From contig JAHDXH010000002.1 of assembly GCA_023382875.1 (NCBI GenBank), forward strand, positions 69,724-133,723: a DNA stretch of 64,000 nucleotides, in the 5' to 3' direction. Of the stretch, positions 1-9,285 are shown one piece after another. How positions within the stretch are numbered: the first letter of the stretch is position 1; every line of letters starts with the position of its first letter. The notes beneath the pieces were generated by a model, which saw nothing but the letters and a program-made list of their open reading frames with translations, was not told where the DNA came from and did no database searches. The stretch comes from Patescibacteria group bacterium (GTDB lineage: Bacteria; Patescibacteriota; Microgenomatia; UBA1400; PJMF01). A program made the translations under genes and the position numbers.

Positions 1-629
1 TCATATGTTGGTCCGGTCACAGCCAAATAAGTTCCTTGGTGAATATTTTTCTTAAATTCCAAACTCGCCAAACTTAATTTTTGTCTGAGCTTTTCATCAT
101 AGGCGCCATTCATTGGTTGAAAGCGCTCGATTATTTGTCCGTTGTCGACTCTAGTAAATGCGAAATGTTGTCCCAAGAGAGGATTGGGCAAAAAGTTAAT
201 GTGAGATTTGATAATCATCAGATCCCCAACCTCGTAGTCGAGGTTGAGACCACCGGCTGCATTGGTAACAAAGTAGTTTTTGACACCAAGTTCTGCTAAA
301 AAATGAACGGCAAAAACGGTTTGTAATATACCTTCATTGTTAGGCAAATCGGCCACTTCGTAAAAGTGCTTGCGTCCTTTTAGACCAATTACGGGAATAC
401 CAGCTAGCTTGCCAATTATTAACTTGCCTTCATGCCCTGCCACAGTAGTAGTGGGGAAATGAGGAATTTCTGAATAATCAAATTCAGCAGTAACCTTAAT
501 TTTTTCTGCTAAATCACCTAAGCCAGAACCAAGCGTTAGGCCAAATTCAAGATTAAGGCCTTCTGTGTGTGGTCGTAAAAAATCACTTGCAGTTTTGACT
601 TTACTTAAATAATCAGATTGATAAGGCAT
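1..629 (-). CDS. purine nucleoside phosphorylase (PNP/MTAP family), N-terminal part; C-terminus lies beyond window start
   Basis: Reverse-strand translation from ATG at 627-629 gives MPYQSDYLSKVKTASDFLRPHTEGLNLEFGLTLGSGLGDL...PHFPTTTVAGHEGKLIIGKLAGIPVIGLKGRKHFYE, the hallmark PNP-I motifs. The frame stays open to position 1, which is why it is absent from the ORF track. Confidence 0.7.
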   Translation of the reverse strand, partial: MPYQSDYLSKVKTASDFLRPHTEGLNLEFGLTLGSGLGDLAEKIKVTAEFDYSEIPHFPTTTVAGHEGKLIIGKLAGIPVIGLKGRKHFYEVADLPNNEGILQTVFAVHFLAELGVKNYFVTNAAGGLNLDYEVGDLMIIKSHINFLPNPLLGQHFAFTRVDNGQIIERFQPMNGAYDEKLRQKLSLASLEFKKNIHQGTYLAVTGPTY

Positions 630-632
630 AGC

Positions 633-3458
633 TTATGCTAGCTTTAATCTTTCACCTTTTGCAAGTTTAGTTTTGGTTTTTTCTTCAATCGCTTGTTGCC
701 ATGCACTTGGCCACTCTGGACATTCAACTGTAACAATTTTGTTGACATCTAATCCAGCTTCTTTTCTTAAACTCTGAATAGAGCGCATTAGTTCTCTGGC
801 CTCACCCTCAGCTTTTAATTCTGGAGATAAATTGAAGTCGAGGTTGATAGAAATTTCTCCATCTTCGTTTTGCCAAACCACATCTTTGACATTGAGTTCA
901 CTCATTAATAACTCTTTGAGGTGAGAAAACTCTGCTGGCTGTGGGCCGGTCACCGTCAACAATGACAATGGTTGTCTTACTCTGACTCCCTGATCTCTCC
1001 TAGCACTATGGGTTAGCTCAGTAACTTTTTGGATTGTTTCCATTTGTTTGGTGAGTGATTCGTTTTTTAGTTGAGCATACGAGCTAAACTCTGGCCAATT
1101 GGTGTGATGAATAGAAGTTGTTTCATCTGTCATGCTTTGGTGTAAAGTTTCACTAAAGAATGGAGTAAATGGCGCATAAAGTTGAGCTAGAGTGTATAGG
1201 GTGTGTCCTAAAACTTGGCCAGCTTCTTTATTATCTTTTAATCTCTCGCGGGACAATCTTAAGTACCAATTAGACATATCAGCTATAAAATCGATCAACA
1301 AACGGCTAGATCTAACTAAATCATAATTGTTCATGTTGGTTGTAACTTCTTCAATCAAAGTAGCTAATCTAGCCAATAACCATTGATCCAAAATATGTTT
1401 TGGCTTAGCTGGCACGGCTTTGAAATCTAAACTTTGATCAGCAAAGCTTTGGTAGAAGCTGAAAACATTCCACCAAATTACAAAAACTTTGCGACGTAGG
1501 TCGGCCACTTCTTTTTCTGAAAAATTAAGATTTTCCGCTTTTAAAACTGGGGAGCTAGACATGTATAAGCGCAAACTATCTGCACCGTATTTATTGATCA
1601 CAACCGCAGGATCTGGATAGTTCATCAAGCGCTTGCTCATTTTTTTGCCATCTTCAGCTAAAACAATTCCGTTGACGATGACGTTTTTGAAGGCAGTGGA
1701 ATTTTTAATACCGCCAGCAATGACGTGTAAGTAATAAAACCAAGCTCTAGTTTGGTCAACACCTTCGCCGATGAACTCAGCAGGGAAGTTTTGCTCAAAA
1801 GTATCTTTGTTTTCAAAAGGATAGTGAGCTTGACCATAGGGCATAGATCCAGAGTCAAACCAAGTATCGATGACGTCAGGAACACGCTTCATTGTTTTGC
1901 CACACTTTTGGCATGGCATGGTAACTTTATCAACGATATGTTTGTGAAGATCAGTTACTTTTACACCAGAATCATTTTCAAGTTCGCTAACTGATCCATA
2001 AACTTTACTTTCACCACATTCACATTTCCAAATTGGAATGACGCTAGCCCAAAATCTTTGTCTAGAAATTGACCAATCTTTAGCACCTTTTAGCCAATTG
2101 CCCCAGCGGCCTGTTTTAATATGGTCAGGAGACCAATTAATATCTTCGGCTAATTTTAAGAGCTTATCTTTGATTTTAGTAACTGCTACAAAATAACTAC
2201 CTGTAGCATAATTAAGTAGTGGGGTGTCACATCGCCAGCAGTGTGGATAGGAGTGAGTGACTTTGAGTTTGCTCCACAATGAATCATGGTGTGCTAGATA
2301 TTTAATGATTTCAATGTCGGTTTGTTGCGGATTGTCTTTTGGCTTGACTTCTAGATCGGCAAAGTCAGTAACTTTGCTGACAAAGCGACCATTCATACCA
2401 ACATGTTGGATTAATTCAACGTTTTCAACTTTACCAACTTTGTAGTCGTCTTCACCAAAGCCAGGGGCGATGTGCACCACGCCAGTGCCATCTTCGCTGG
2501 AGACAAACTCAGCTCCAACCACACGGAAAGCATTAGCGGTGCCTTTGTAATATGGGAAAAGTGGCTCATAGTTTAGGTCAACCAAATTTTCTCCAGTAAG
2601 AGTTTTGATAACTTCAATCGCGTTTTGACCTTTGACAAATTTCATTCTTTCTTCGGCTGCTAAGTAGAAGTTTTCTTCATCGGCTTTTTTGAAGAGTACG
2701 TATTTCATTTTTGGATTAACCGCGAGCAAGAAGTTGCCTGGTAATGTCCATGGAGTAGTGGTCCAAGCCAAAACAAAAGTTGGTTTATCCAAATTAAGTT
2801 TTTCTTTGGCGTTGGTAACTTGAAATTTTGCGACGACAGAAATATCAGTGACATCTTTGTAGCCTTCGGTAACTTCAGACTGTGACAAAGTAGTTTCACA
2901 ACGAGGACAAATGTGCATGGAGCGGTGATCTTCATAAACAAGTCCATTGTCATAAAGTTCTTTAAAGACCCACCAGACTGATTCCATAAAACTTAAATCC
3001 ATGGTCTTGTAGTCATTTTCCATGTCTGCCCAGCGACCAAGTCGCTTGATCATGACTTTCCAATCACTGACGTAACTCAAAACTTTGGAGCGACAAACTT
3101 CGTTAAATTTATCCACACCCAACTCTACGATTTCTTTTTTTTGAGTGATGCCCAATTCTTTTTCAGCAATGTTTTCGATTGGTAAACCATGGCAATCCCA
3201 ACCCCATTTTCTTTCGACTCTTTTGCCGCGCATGGTCCAATAACGTGGTACTACATCTTTCATGGTACTGGCTAGTAAATGTCCATAGTGCGGCAGACCA
3301 GTAGCAAAGGGTGGTCCGTCATAAAAAACATAACCATTTTTGGGATCGCGCATTTCAATTGATTTTTCAAATGAATGATTATCTTCCCAATATTTTTGGA
3401 CTTCTTCTTCTAATTTAGAGAAGTCTGGTGTTTTGCTAAAGTCTGTTACTTTTGGCAT
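633..3458 (-). CDS. ileS: isoleucyl-tRNA synthetase, type 2 (archaeal/eukaryote-like)
   Basis: 941 aa with HYGH (PHYGHLL) and KMSKR (KMSKRLMNYPDP) class I motifs, an editing domain and an eukaryote-like C-terminal region. Stop TAA at 633-635. Confidence 0.95.
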   Translation of the reverse strand: MPKVTDFSKTPDFSKLEEEVQKYWEDNHSFEKSIEMRDPKNGYVFYDGPPFATGLPHYGHLLASTMKDVVPRYWTMRGKRVERKWGWDCHGLPIENIAEKELGITQKKEIVELGVDKFNEVCRSKVLSYVSDWKVMIKRLGRWADMENDYKTMDLSFMESVWWVFKELYDNGLVYEDHRSMHICPRCETTLSQSEVTEGYKDVTDISVVAKFQVTNAKEKLNLDKPTFVLAWTTTPWTLPGNFLLAVNPKMKYVLFKKADEENFYLAAEERMKFVKGQNAIEVIKTLTGENLVDLNYEPLFPYYKGTANAFRVVGAEFVSSEDGTGVVHIAPGFGEDDYKVGKVENVELIQHVGMNGRFVSKVTDFADLEVKPKDNPQQTDIEIIKYLAHHDSLWSKLKVTHSYPHCWRCDTPLLNYATGSYFVAVTKIKDKLLKLAEDINWSPDHIKTGRWGNWLKGAKDWSISRQRFWASVIPIWKCECGESKVYGSVSELENDSGVKVTDLHKHIVDKVTMPCQKCGKTMKRVPDVIDTWFDSGSMPYGQAHYPFENKDTFEQNFPAEFIGEGVDQTRAWFYYLHVIAGGIKNSTAFKNVIVNGIVLAEDGKKMSKRLMNYPDPAVVINKYGADSLRLYMSSSPVLKAENLNFSEKEVADLRRKVFVIWWNVFSFYQSFADQSLDFKAVPAKPKHILDQWLLARLATLIEEVTTNMNNYDLVRSSRLLIDFIADMSNWYLRLSRERLKDNKEAGQVLGHTLYTLAQLYAPFTPFFSETLHQSMTDETTSIHHTNWPEFSSYAQLKNESLTKQMETIQKVTELTHSARRDQGVRVRQPLSLLTVTGPQPAEFSHLKELLMSELNVKDVVWQNEDGEISINLDFNLSPELKAEGEARELMRSIQSLRKEAGLDVNKIVTVECPEWPSAWQQAIEEKTKTKLAKGERLKLA

Positions 3459-3480
3459 ATTTAAATTTTATGTAATTGCT

Positions 3481-3660
3481 AATAAAAAAATCCCTTGCTC
3501 AACACGAAATTCATGTTGACCAAGGGACCTTCTTTTTGAGGTGGTGCCACCCTAATTTTTTACTTATTCCTGCGATTACGGGCTTACCCGCAAAGTTCTA
3601 CTAAGCTGTTCGCCGTTCTTCTTTGACCTTACTCGTTGATAGCGAGTTCAATCGGTGTTA
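3481..3660 (-). promoter_or_regulatory. T-box riboswitch-like leader of ileS (Ile specifier candidate) with intrinsic terminator/antiterminator
   Basis: Minus-strand leader contains AAAUUAGGGUGGCACCACCUC, which matches the T-box consensus AAUUAGGGUGGNACCGCG. It is followed by the hairpin GGUCCCUUGG...CAAGGGA plus UUUUUUU, ending about 24 nt before the ileS ATG. An upstream GCUAUCAACGAGUAAGG carries AUC followed by A, a plausible Ile specifier, and AGUA. A minus-strand extended -10 TGCTATAAT sits at plus coordinates 3666-3674. Confidence 0.6.
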
Positions 3661-3693
3661 TAGGAATTATAGCACAGTGGATAGAGACAATTT

Positions 3694-4983
3694 TTATTGT
3701 CTTAAGAAGGCAGGAATTTCGAATTCTTCGCCAAAATCATCAGATTGATCGGTGGATTGACCAGAAGATTTTGGTTTTTGATCTTCTTGGTCATCTTTTT
3801 TTGATTGATTGAAGCTTTGGCTGGAAACAAAAGGACTGGTGGGTTTTGAGGTGTTAGTGGGATTGTTTTCACCGCTCATGGTCGGTTGAACAAAGCCTGT
3901 TGGAGCACGATCAATCTTTGGTGGTTCGGTTGGCTTGGAAGTGAAGGTAGCAGGGTTGTAACCCAAGCGACGATTAGCATCTTGAGTGAAAGCGCCAAAG
4001 AATGGTCGTTTGGCTGTGCCGTAGCCACTGTTTTCAAAACCGGTGGCGATAACAGAAATTTTGATGTTTGAACCCATTTCTTCGTTGATAGTAGCACCAA
4101 AAATAATGTTTGCGTCTGGATCAGCAGCGTTAGCGATGATAGCGGATGCATCAGCAACTTCTGACATCGACATATCAGAACTACCAATAATGTTGTAAAG
4201 AATGCCTTTGGCACCATCGATAGAAATTTCAAGGAGTGGAGAAGAAATTGCCATGCGAGCAGCGGTGACAGCGCGATTCTCACCTGAAGCCTCGCCAATA
4301 CCCATCAAGGCAGAACCAGAGTCAAGCATGATAGTTTTGACGTCAGCAAAGTCAACATTGATAAGACCGGGGACGGTAATGAGATCAGAAATTCCTTGCA
4401 CACCTTGTCCTAAGACATTGTCGGCAAGTTTGAAAGCTTCAAGAAGGGTCACTTTGTTGTTGACCACTTCCATGAGGCGTTGGTTAGGGATAACAATCAA
4501 GGTATCGACTTTGTCTTTGAGAGCGGCAATGCCTTCTTCGGCACTTTGCATGCGTCTAACACCTTCAAACATGAATGGCTTAGTGACGACAGCGACGGTC
4601 AGAGCGCCAGACTCTTTGGCGATTTCTGCAATGACAGAAGATGCGCCTGTGCCAGTGCCACCACCCATGCCGGCTGTGATAAAGACCATGTCAGTATCAA
4701 AAACTAAATCTTTGATTTTTTCTCGTGATTCTTCAGCGGCAGCACGGCCAACTTCAGGGTCGGCACCAGAGCCTAAGCCACGAGTAAAATTATTACCAAT
4801 TTGAACTTTGGTGTCAGCTTTTGATGTGAGTAAAGCCTGGGCATCTGTATTAACGGCGATGAACTCTACACCTTTGATAGCAGCTGACTCAATCATGGAA
4901 TTGACGGCGTTGCCACCACCACCTCCAACACCAATAACTTTGATTTTGGCGAATGTGGCGTTGTTTGGTTTAACGAGTCCCAT
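3694..4983 (-). CDS. ftsZ: cell division GTPase FtsZ
   Basis: GGGTGTG tubulin signature ([17 protein letters not shown]), N-terminal [13 protein letters not shown], and a C-terminal disordered tail. Confidence 0.95.
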   Translation of the reverse strand: MGLVKPNNATFAKIKVIGVGGGGGNAVNSMIESAAIKGVEFIAVNTDAQALLTSKADTKVQIGNNFTRGLGSGADPEVGRAAAEESREKIKDLVFDTDMVFITAGMGGGTGTGASSVIAEIAKESGALTVAVVTKPFMFEGVRRMQSAEEGIAALKDKVDTLIVIPNQRLMEVVNNKVTLLEAFKLADNVLGQGVQGISDLITVPGLINVDFADVKTIMLDSGSALMGIGEASGENRAVTAARMAISSPLLEISIDGAKGILYNIIGSSDMSMSEVADASAIIANAADPDANIIFGATINEEMGSNIKISVIATGFENSGYGTAKRPFFGAFTQDANRRLGYNPATFTSKPTEPPKIDRAPTGFVQPTMSGENNPTNTSKPTSPFVSSQSFNQSKKDDQEDQKPKSSGQSTDQSDDFGEEFEIPAFLRQ

Positions 4984-5078
4984 GATAGTAATTTCCGTTT
5001 ATAAAATGAATGGTAATATCTTTTACCACAAAATTGTCTCAAAGTGTATCACTGCTTTTGATCGAGTAACGAGTAGAT

Positions 5079-6410
5079 TTAAGGAATAATTGATTTAAGA
5101 ATCTTTTTGATTTTTTCACCAAAAGAGCCCATGCCGGAAAGATTGATGCTGCTAAGTCCTTTGAAGACTGAGCCAAAATCCATTGATTTTTTAGGTTCAC
5201 TGATTGCACCCTGTGCCATAGCATATTCTACCAAGCCAAGACTGGTAGCAAAAGCTGGTCTAACTAGATCGCTGGTAACTCCTTCGACTTCTCTTGGCTT
5301 GCCGACTCTGGCTGGCAAGTTGAGGGTGCGTTTGGCTGTTTCGACCATGGCGACCGTTTCAGCGCCACCACCCGCAATGACTACTCCAGCAGGAATAAGA
5401 TTGAGCAAATTATTTTTCTCAAGATCAGTCCCAATCAAAGTAAAAATTTCTTTGATTCTGGGAATCATGATGCCTTCAATGATTTTGGATCGAGCGAGTT
5501 CTTTAGTTCCTTCTTCTTCAATGCCTAGTTTTTCTAGGTCAATTTTGTCGGCAACTTTGCGACGACGGTTGAGGTCCTCTTTTGATTCTCCGGGTTTGGG
5601 TTGAGGTAATTCAAAATCTTTGCTGGATAATTTGAGTTTTAATTTTTCTGCGGATTCAAGACTAATCGAACAACCAACCGCCATGTCTTTGGTGATGTGT
5701 TTGGCTCCAACAGGAATCGAAGTGGAGTATTCAAGGCAACCCTCGACGTAAACACAAATAGTACTGCAATCAGAACCAATATCAACCACGGCTACACCCA
5801 ACTCTTTTTCTGTTTCGGTAGCAACAGCCATGGCACTAGCTAGGCCAGAAAAAACGAAACCTTTGAGTTCGATGCCAAGGTCATTAACAGCCTTGTGAGT
5901 GTTTTTAAGAGAAGTTGTTAATCCAGAAATAATGTGAGCTTCCGATTCTAGGCGGATGCCAGTCATACCAACGGGATCTTTAATGCCTAATTGAGAATCA
6001 ACTTTGAAATCTCGAGGAACAACATGGATGATTTGACGGTCGTTGGGAAGAGTGACGGCACGAGCAGCTTCAATAACTTTGTCGACATCTTCTCTGGTAA
6101 TTTCACCAGTTGGTGAAGAAACGGCGACTACGCCTTTGGAATTTTGTGAGCGAATATGAAGTCCGGACACACTAACAAAGGCTTCAGTAATTTGAACACT
6201 TGCCATTCTTTCGGCTGCGTCTAAACTTTCGGTCAAAGTGGCAGAAACCTCTTCGAGGTTGATAATGGCACTTTTTTTAATACCTCTAGATTTGACAGCG
6301 GAAAAGCCAATAATTTGGAGTTTGTGTGTTTCTTCATTAACAGTAGCCACTAACGTGACACATTTGTCTGTTCCTAAATCAATAACGGCAACTATCGGTT
6401 TTTTCGACAT
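5079..6410 (-). CDS. ftsA: cell division protein FtsA (actin-like ATPase)
   Basis: MSKKPIVAVIDLGTDKCVTLVA N-terminus, ASKHA-fold motifs (VVDIGSDCSTICVY), and position immediately upstream of ftsZ. Confidence 0.9.
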   Translation of the reverse strand: MSKKPIVAVIDLGTDKCVTLVATVNEETHKLQIIGFSAVKSRGIKKSAIINLEEVSATLTESLDAAERMASVQITEAFVSVSGLHIRSQNSKGVVAVSSPTGEITREDVDKVIEAARAVTLPNDRQIIHVVPRDFKVDSQLGIKDPVGMTGIRLESEAHIISGLTTSLKNTHKAVNDLGIELKGFVFSGLASAMAVATETEKELGVAVVDIGSDCSTICVYVEGCLEYSTSIPVGAKHITKDMAVGCSISLESAEKLKLKLSSKDFELPQPKPGESKEDLNRRRKVADKIDLEKLGIEEEGTKELARSKIIEGIMIPRIKEIFTLIGTDLEKNNLLNLIPAGVVIAGGGAETVAMVETAKRTLNLPARVGKPREVEGVTSDLVRPAFATSLGLVEYAMAQGAISEPKKSMDFGSVFKGLSSINLSGMGSFGEKIKKILKSIIP

Positions 6411-6440
6411 CTTTACTTAAGCATAACAAATAGTTGAGGT

Positions 6441-7019
6441 TTATGCCTGTGGAATTTGTTTTTCCCAGTCTTGTCCATTCCATAAACCTAAAGCTAGTTT
6501 GACAATAATGGAATATTCTTCGGTACGATCCACAAAACCCTTGGTCACAACGCCAATGGCTCCTTGCTTTTGTTTGATTGAAGGATCGGCGAAAAGTTGG
6601 CCAACTGCTGGTCCCATTTCTTCACCTGCTAATAATTTTTCAGAAATAATTTTTGGTAGTTTGAACCTTGCGCCATTGCTTTCAAATTTTTGACCAGTTT
6701 GATCGGTGACACAGGCCCAAACAGTTGACCACAATTCTTGTGGTAGGTGTTCGTAAACACCACCTTCAAGTCCAACTCCTAAGATTTGGTTTTGGTGTTT
6801 TTCAAGCTGTGCTGGCGAGAGATTTTTTATGCCGGCCAGTAAAACATTAGCGGCTCGGTTTTGGGCACCAGTTCTAGTTTCTTCATCCGTTCGTGGTTGA
6901 GCATTAATGCCACTTTCGACTTCGATGCCAATTACTTCAGCATTTGGCCAAGAATTTTGACAAGCATTTTTGACTGCATTAATTTTAACTGGGTTAGTGG
7001 AGCCAACAAAGATGATCAT
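6441..7019 (-). CDS. non-canonical purine NTP phosphatase (inosine/xanthosine triphosphatase, YjjX family)
   Basis: MIIFVGSTNPVKINAVK...VESGINAQPRTDEETRTGAQNRAANV parallels E. coli YjjX ([25 protein letters not shown]). The start is chosen at the internal M, which gives a 4-bp ATGA overlap with the sufU stop. The ORF track extends it to 7076. Confidence 0.65.
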   Translation of the reverse strand: MIIFVGSTNPVKINAVKNACQNSWPNAEVIGIEVESGINAQPRTDEETRTGAQNRAANVLLAGIKNLSPAQLEKHQNQILGVGLEGGVYEHLPQELWSTVWACVTDQTGQKFESNGARFKLPKIISEKLLAGEEMGPAVGQLFADPSIKQKQGAIGVVTKGFVDRTEEYSIIVKLALGLWNGQDWEKQIPQA

Positions 7020-7399
7020 TTTTTCTGGTTTTCGCTTAATAAGTTTTGAACGGCTGTGAGGCCAATCATCATGCATTTTAATCTTCCAGGGGCAATAGAT
7101 TCTAGGTCCAAAAGCCCTAGCATTTCCCGATGTGTCAGTTGAAGAATTCGGGTGATTGGTTTACCGATAATTTCCTGTGATAGCAAGCTCATTGCTGCCA
7201 TGCTAATACTGCAACCTTGACCAGTCCATTTTAGATCTTCCAAGACTTGTTTTTGATCATCAATTCTTAAAGTGATTTGAATCATGTCGCCACAAGACGG
7301 ATTGTACTTGGCTGTTTTTAAATGATTGCCAGTTAAGGCTCCATAGTGAGCGGGGTTTTTGGCTTCGTCTAAAATAATTTGGGTAAAAAGATCAGACAT
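7016..7399 (-). CDS. sufU: SufU/IscU-like Fe-S cluster assembly scaffold / sulfur acceptor
   Basis: Three conserved Cys contexts (NPSCGD, GQGCSIS, RLKCMM) typical of the SufU/NifU N-terminal domain. Adjacent to sufS. Confidence 0.8.
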   Translation of the reverse strand: MSDLFTQIILDEAKNPAHYGALTGNHLKTAKYNPSCGDMIQITLRIDDQKQVLEDLKWTGQGCSISMAAMSLLSQEIIGKPITRILQLTHREMLGLLDLESIAPGRLKCMMIGLTAVQNLLSENQKK

Positions 7400-7409
7400 T
7401 TATGATTTT

Positions 7410-8633
7410 TTATTTAAAAATGGTTTTTACTTTTTTGAGGGCCAAAATTAATTTATCAATATCTTCGGTCGTGGAATAAACACTAAAACTGGCTCTAACA
7501 GTGGCCACCCAGCCACAGCTTAAATGGAGAGGCATAGTGCAGTGGTGGCCACTTCTAACTGCCACTTCATCTTGGTTTAAAACTTGAGCCACATCATGAG
7601 CGTGAACACCATCATAAACAAAGGCGACTGAGCTTAATCTTTTTTCTGGATCCAGTGGGCCAATAATTTTGATTTCTGGAATTTTGCTTAATTCTTGCAA
7701 GGCATAGTTTGTTAATTGTCGCTCATGATCTTCAATTTTATCCATGCCAATCTTTTCTAAATAATCACAGGCTGCCGCCAAACCTACTACTGAGGCAACA
7801 TCTGGTGTACCAGCCACAAATCTTTCACTTAAATCACTATTAAAAATTGTTTGATCTTGATAAACAGATTCAATCATCCCACCTCCAAAAAGCCAAGGTT
7901 TCATCTCCTCACTTTGGAGTAATTCTTCTTTGACAAGTAGGCCTCCCACTCCCATCGGACCCAACATTTTATGGCCAGAAAAGGCATAAAAGTCGACACC
8001 CATCTTGGAAAAATTGATCTTGAGATGAGGAGCAGATTGAGCACCGTCGATAGCAATGCGACAGTTAATTTTATATTTTTTGATTAAGGTCACGATTTCA
8101 CCAATTGGATTTAGTGTACCAAGTGTATTGCTGACGTGAATCAAAGAAACTAGCTTAATTTTTTCTTTGAAAGTATTGAGTTTGTTTTCAAAGTCAGCCA
8201 AGTCGATTTGTCCATCTGCTGTTAGATTGATAAAAACTAATTTAGTGTGATTTCTTTTGCTTAATTCTTGCCATGGCACAATATTGGCATGGTGTTCCAT
8301 TAGTGAAACTAAAATGACGTCTTCGGCATGTAAGTTATATGAAGCCCAGCCGTAGGCAATGCCGTTAAGAGCCTCAGTGGCATTACGAGTAATAATCAAT
8401 TCGTGATTTTTTGCGCCAAAAAAAGTGGCGATTTTTTCTTTACTTTGGTCAAAAGCGGTGGTGCTTAAATCAGAAAGCAGGTGAACTCCACGATGAACAT
8501 TAGCACAAGAAGTGGCGTAATAATTGTTCATGGCATCTAAAACCGCTTGTGGTTTTTGGGTAGTTGCTGAGTTATCCAAGTATGCTAGCTGTGGATAGGT
8601 TTTGAAGATTGGGAAATCTTGTTTGTAAGACAT
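7410..8633 (-). CDS. sufS: cysteine desulfurase SufS (class V aminotransferase, group II)
   Basis: PLP-lysine context SGHKMLGP and the group II active-site Cys loop RSGHHCTMPL. 407 aa. Confidence 0.9.
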   Translation of the reverse strand: MSYKQDFPIFKTYPQLAYLDNSATTQKPQAVLDAMNNYYATSCANVHRGVHLLSDLSTTAFDQSKEKIATFFGAKNHELIITRNATEALNGIAYGWASYNLHAEDVILVSLMEHHANIVPWQELSKRNHTKLVFINLTADGQIDLADFENKLNTFKEKIKLVSLIHVSNTLGTLNPIGEIVTLIKKYKINCRIAIDGAQSAPHLKINFSKMGVDFYAFSGHKMLGPMGVGGLLVKEELLQSEEMKPWLFGGGMIESVYQDQTIFNSDLSERFVAGTPDVASVVGLAAACDYLEKIGMDKIEDHERQLTNYALQELSKIPEIKIIGPLDPEKRLSSVAFVYDGVHAHDVAQVLNQDEVAVRSGHHCTMPLHLSCGWVATVRASFSVYSTTEDIDKLILALKKVKTIFK

Positions 8634-8640
8634 ATAGGTA

Positions 8641-9285
8641 TTATATGTTAGTAAATTGAGTTTTCAGCACCGGCAATTTGAACCGTGTGTCAATTTCTTT
8701 AATCGATGCATCGACTTGCCCCTTGATGTCAATATGATCAAGAGTAGTTTTGAGCCTGTAAATACCTGTGACAATATCTTGCTTGTCGATTAGCGCTCTA
8801 TATTCACTGCCACGGTTTTCAAAATAGACAATTAAAACTTGATTGATAAATTCAATTTTGTTGAAATTAATTTGAGCTTTTTTAAGCTCATTAGTCAAAT
8901 TATTGGCGAGTTCAGTTACTTGCGGATCGTGGTTTTCATAGTCTGATTTTTTAATTTCACTGCCAACTAAATTGAAATAATCTCGATTTTCTTCTTTTAA
9001 AGTAACAACCAAAGTGTTGGGAAGTTTTTTTTGGATTTTCACTTCTGAAAATTGCCCAGAAATTTGATCAAGATCGCTAAAAAATAATGATTGATTTTTT
9101 AGTTTGGAAATTTTTTCGAGAGTTTGGGTGGTGCACTGAGAGTTTTGACTATAGCACTCAATATTTTTAATAGAAAAAAAAGAATTAGCTAAGAAAAGTA
9201 GTGAGCCAAAAATAAATAAAAAAAGTAAGGGTCTAACTTTGCTTAATCGGTTTTTTTCTAGAGGAGAGGTTTGATGAGGTTCCAT
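8641..9285 (-). CDS. ftsQ: cell division protein FtsQ/DivIB-like (POTRA domain)
   Basis: N-terminal TM helix, then a POTRA-like beta-rich region. Position between murG and ftsA. Family assignment rests on context plus topology; sequence similarity is weak. Confidence 0.55.
   Translation of the reverse strand: MEPHQTSPLEKNRLSKVRPLLFLFIFGSLLFLANSFFSIKNIECYSQNSQCTTQTLEKISKLKNQSLFFSDLDQISGQFSEVKIQKKLPNTLVVTLKEENRDYFNLVGSEIKKSDYENHDPQVTELANNLTNELKKAQINFNKIEFINQVLIVYFENRGSEYRALIDKQDIVTGIYRLKTTLDHIDIKGQVDASIKEIDTRFKLPVLKTQFTNI

Noticed and set aside
81-299. 72-aa plus-strand ORF at the window start
   Set aside because: Lies entirely inside the minus-strand PNP coding region, which has strong family motifs. 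No motifs of its own.
3876-4804. Several ORFs antisense to or out of frame with ftsZ and ftsA (for example 3876-4298 -, 4202-4804 +, 5107-5604 +)
   Set aside because: Embedded in genes with unambiguous FtsZ and FtsA signatures. Their composition is typical of antisense frames.
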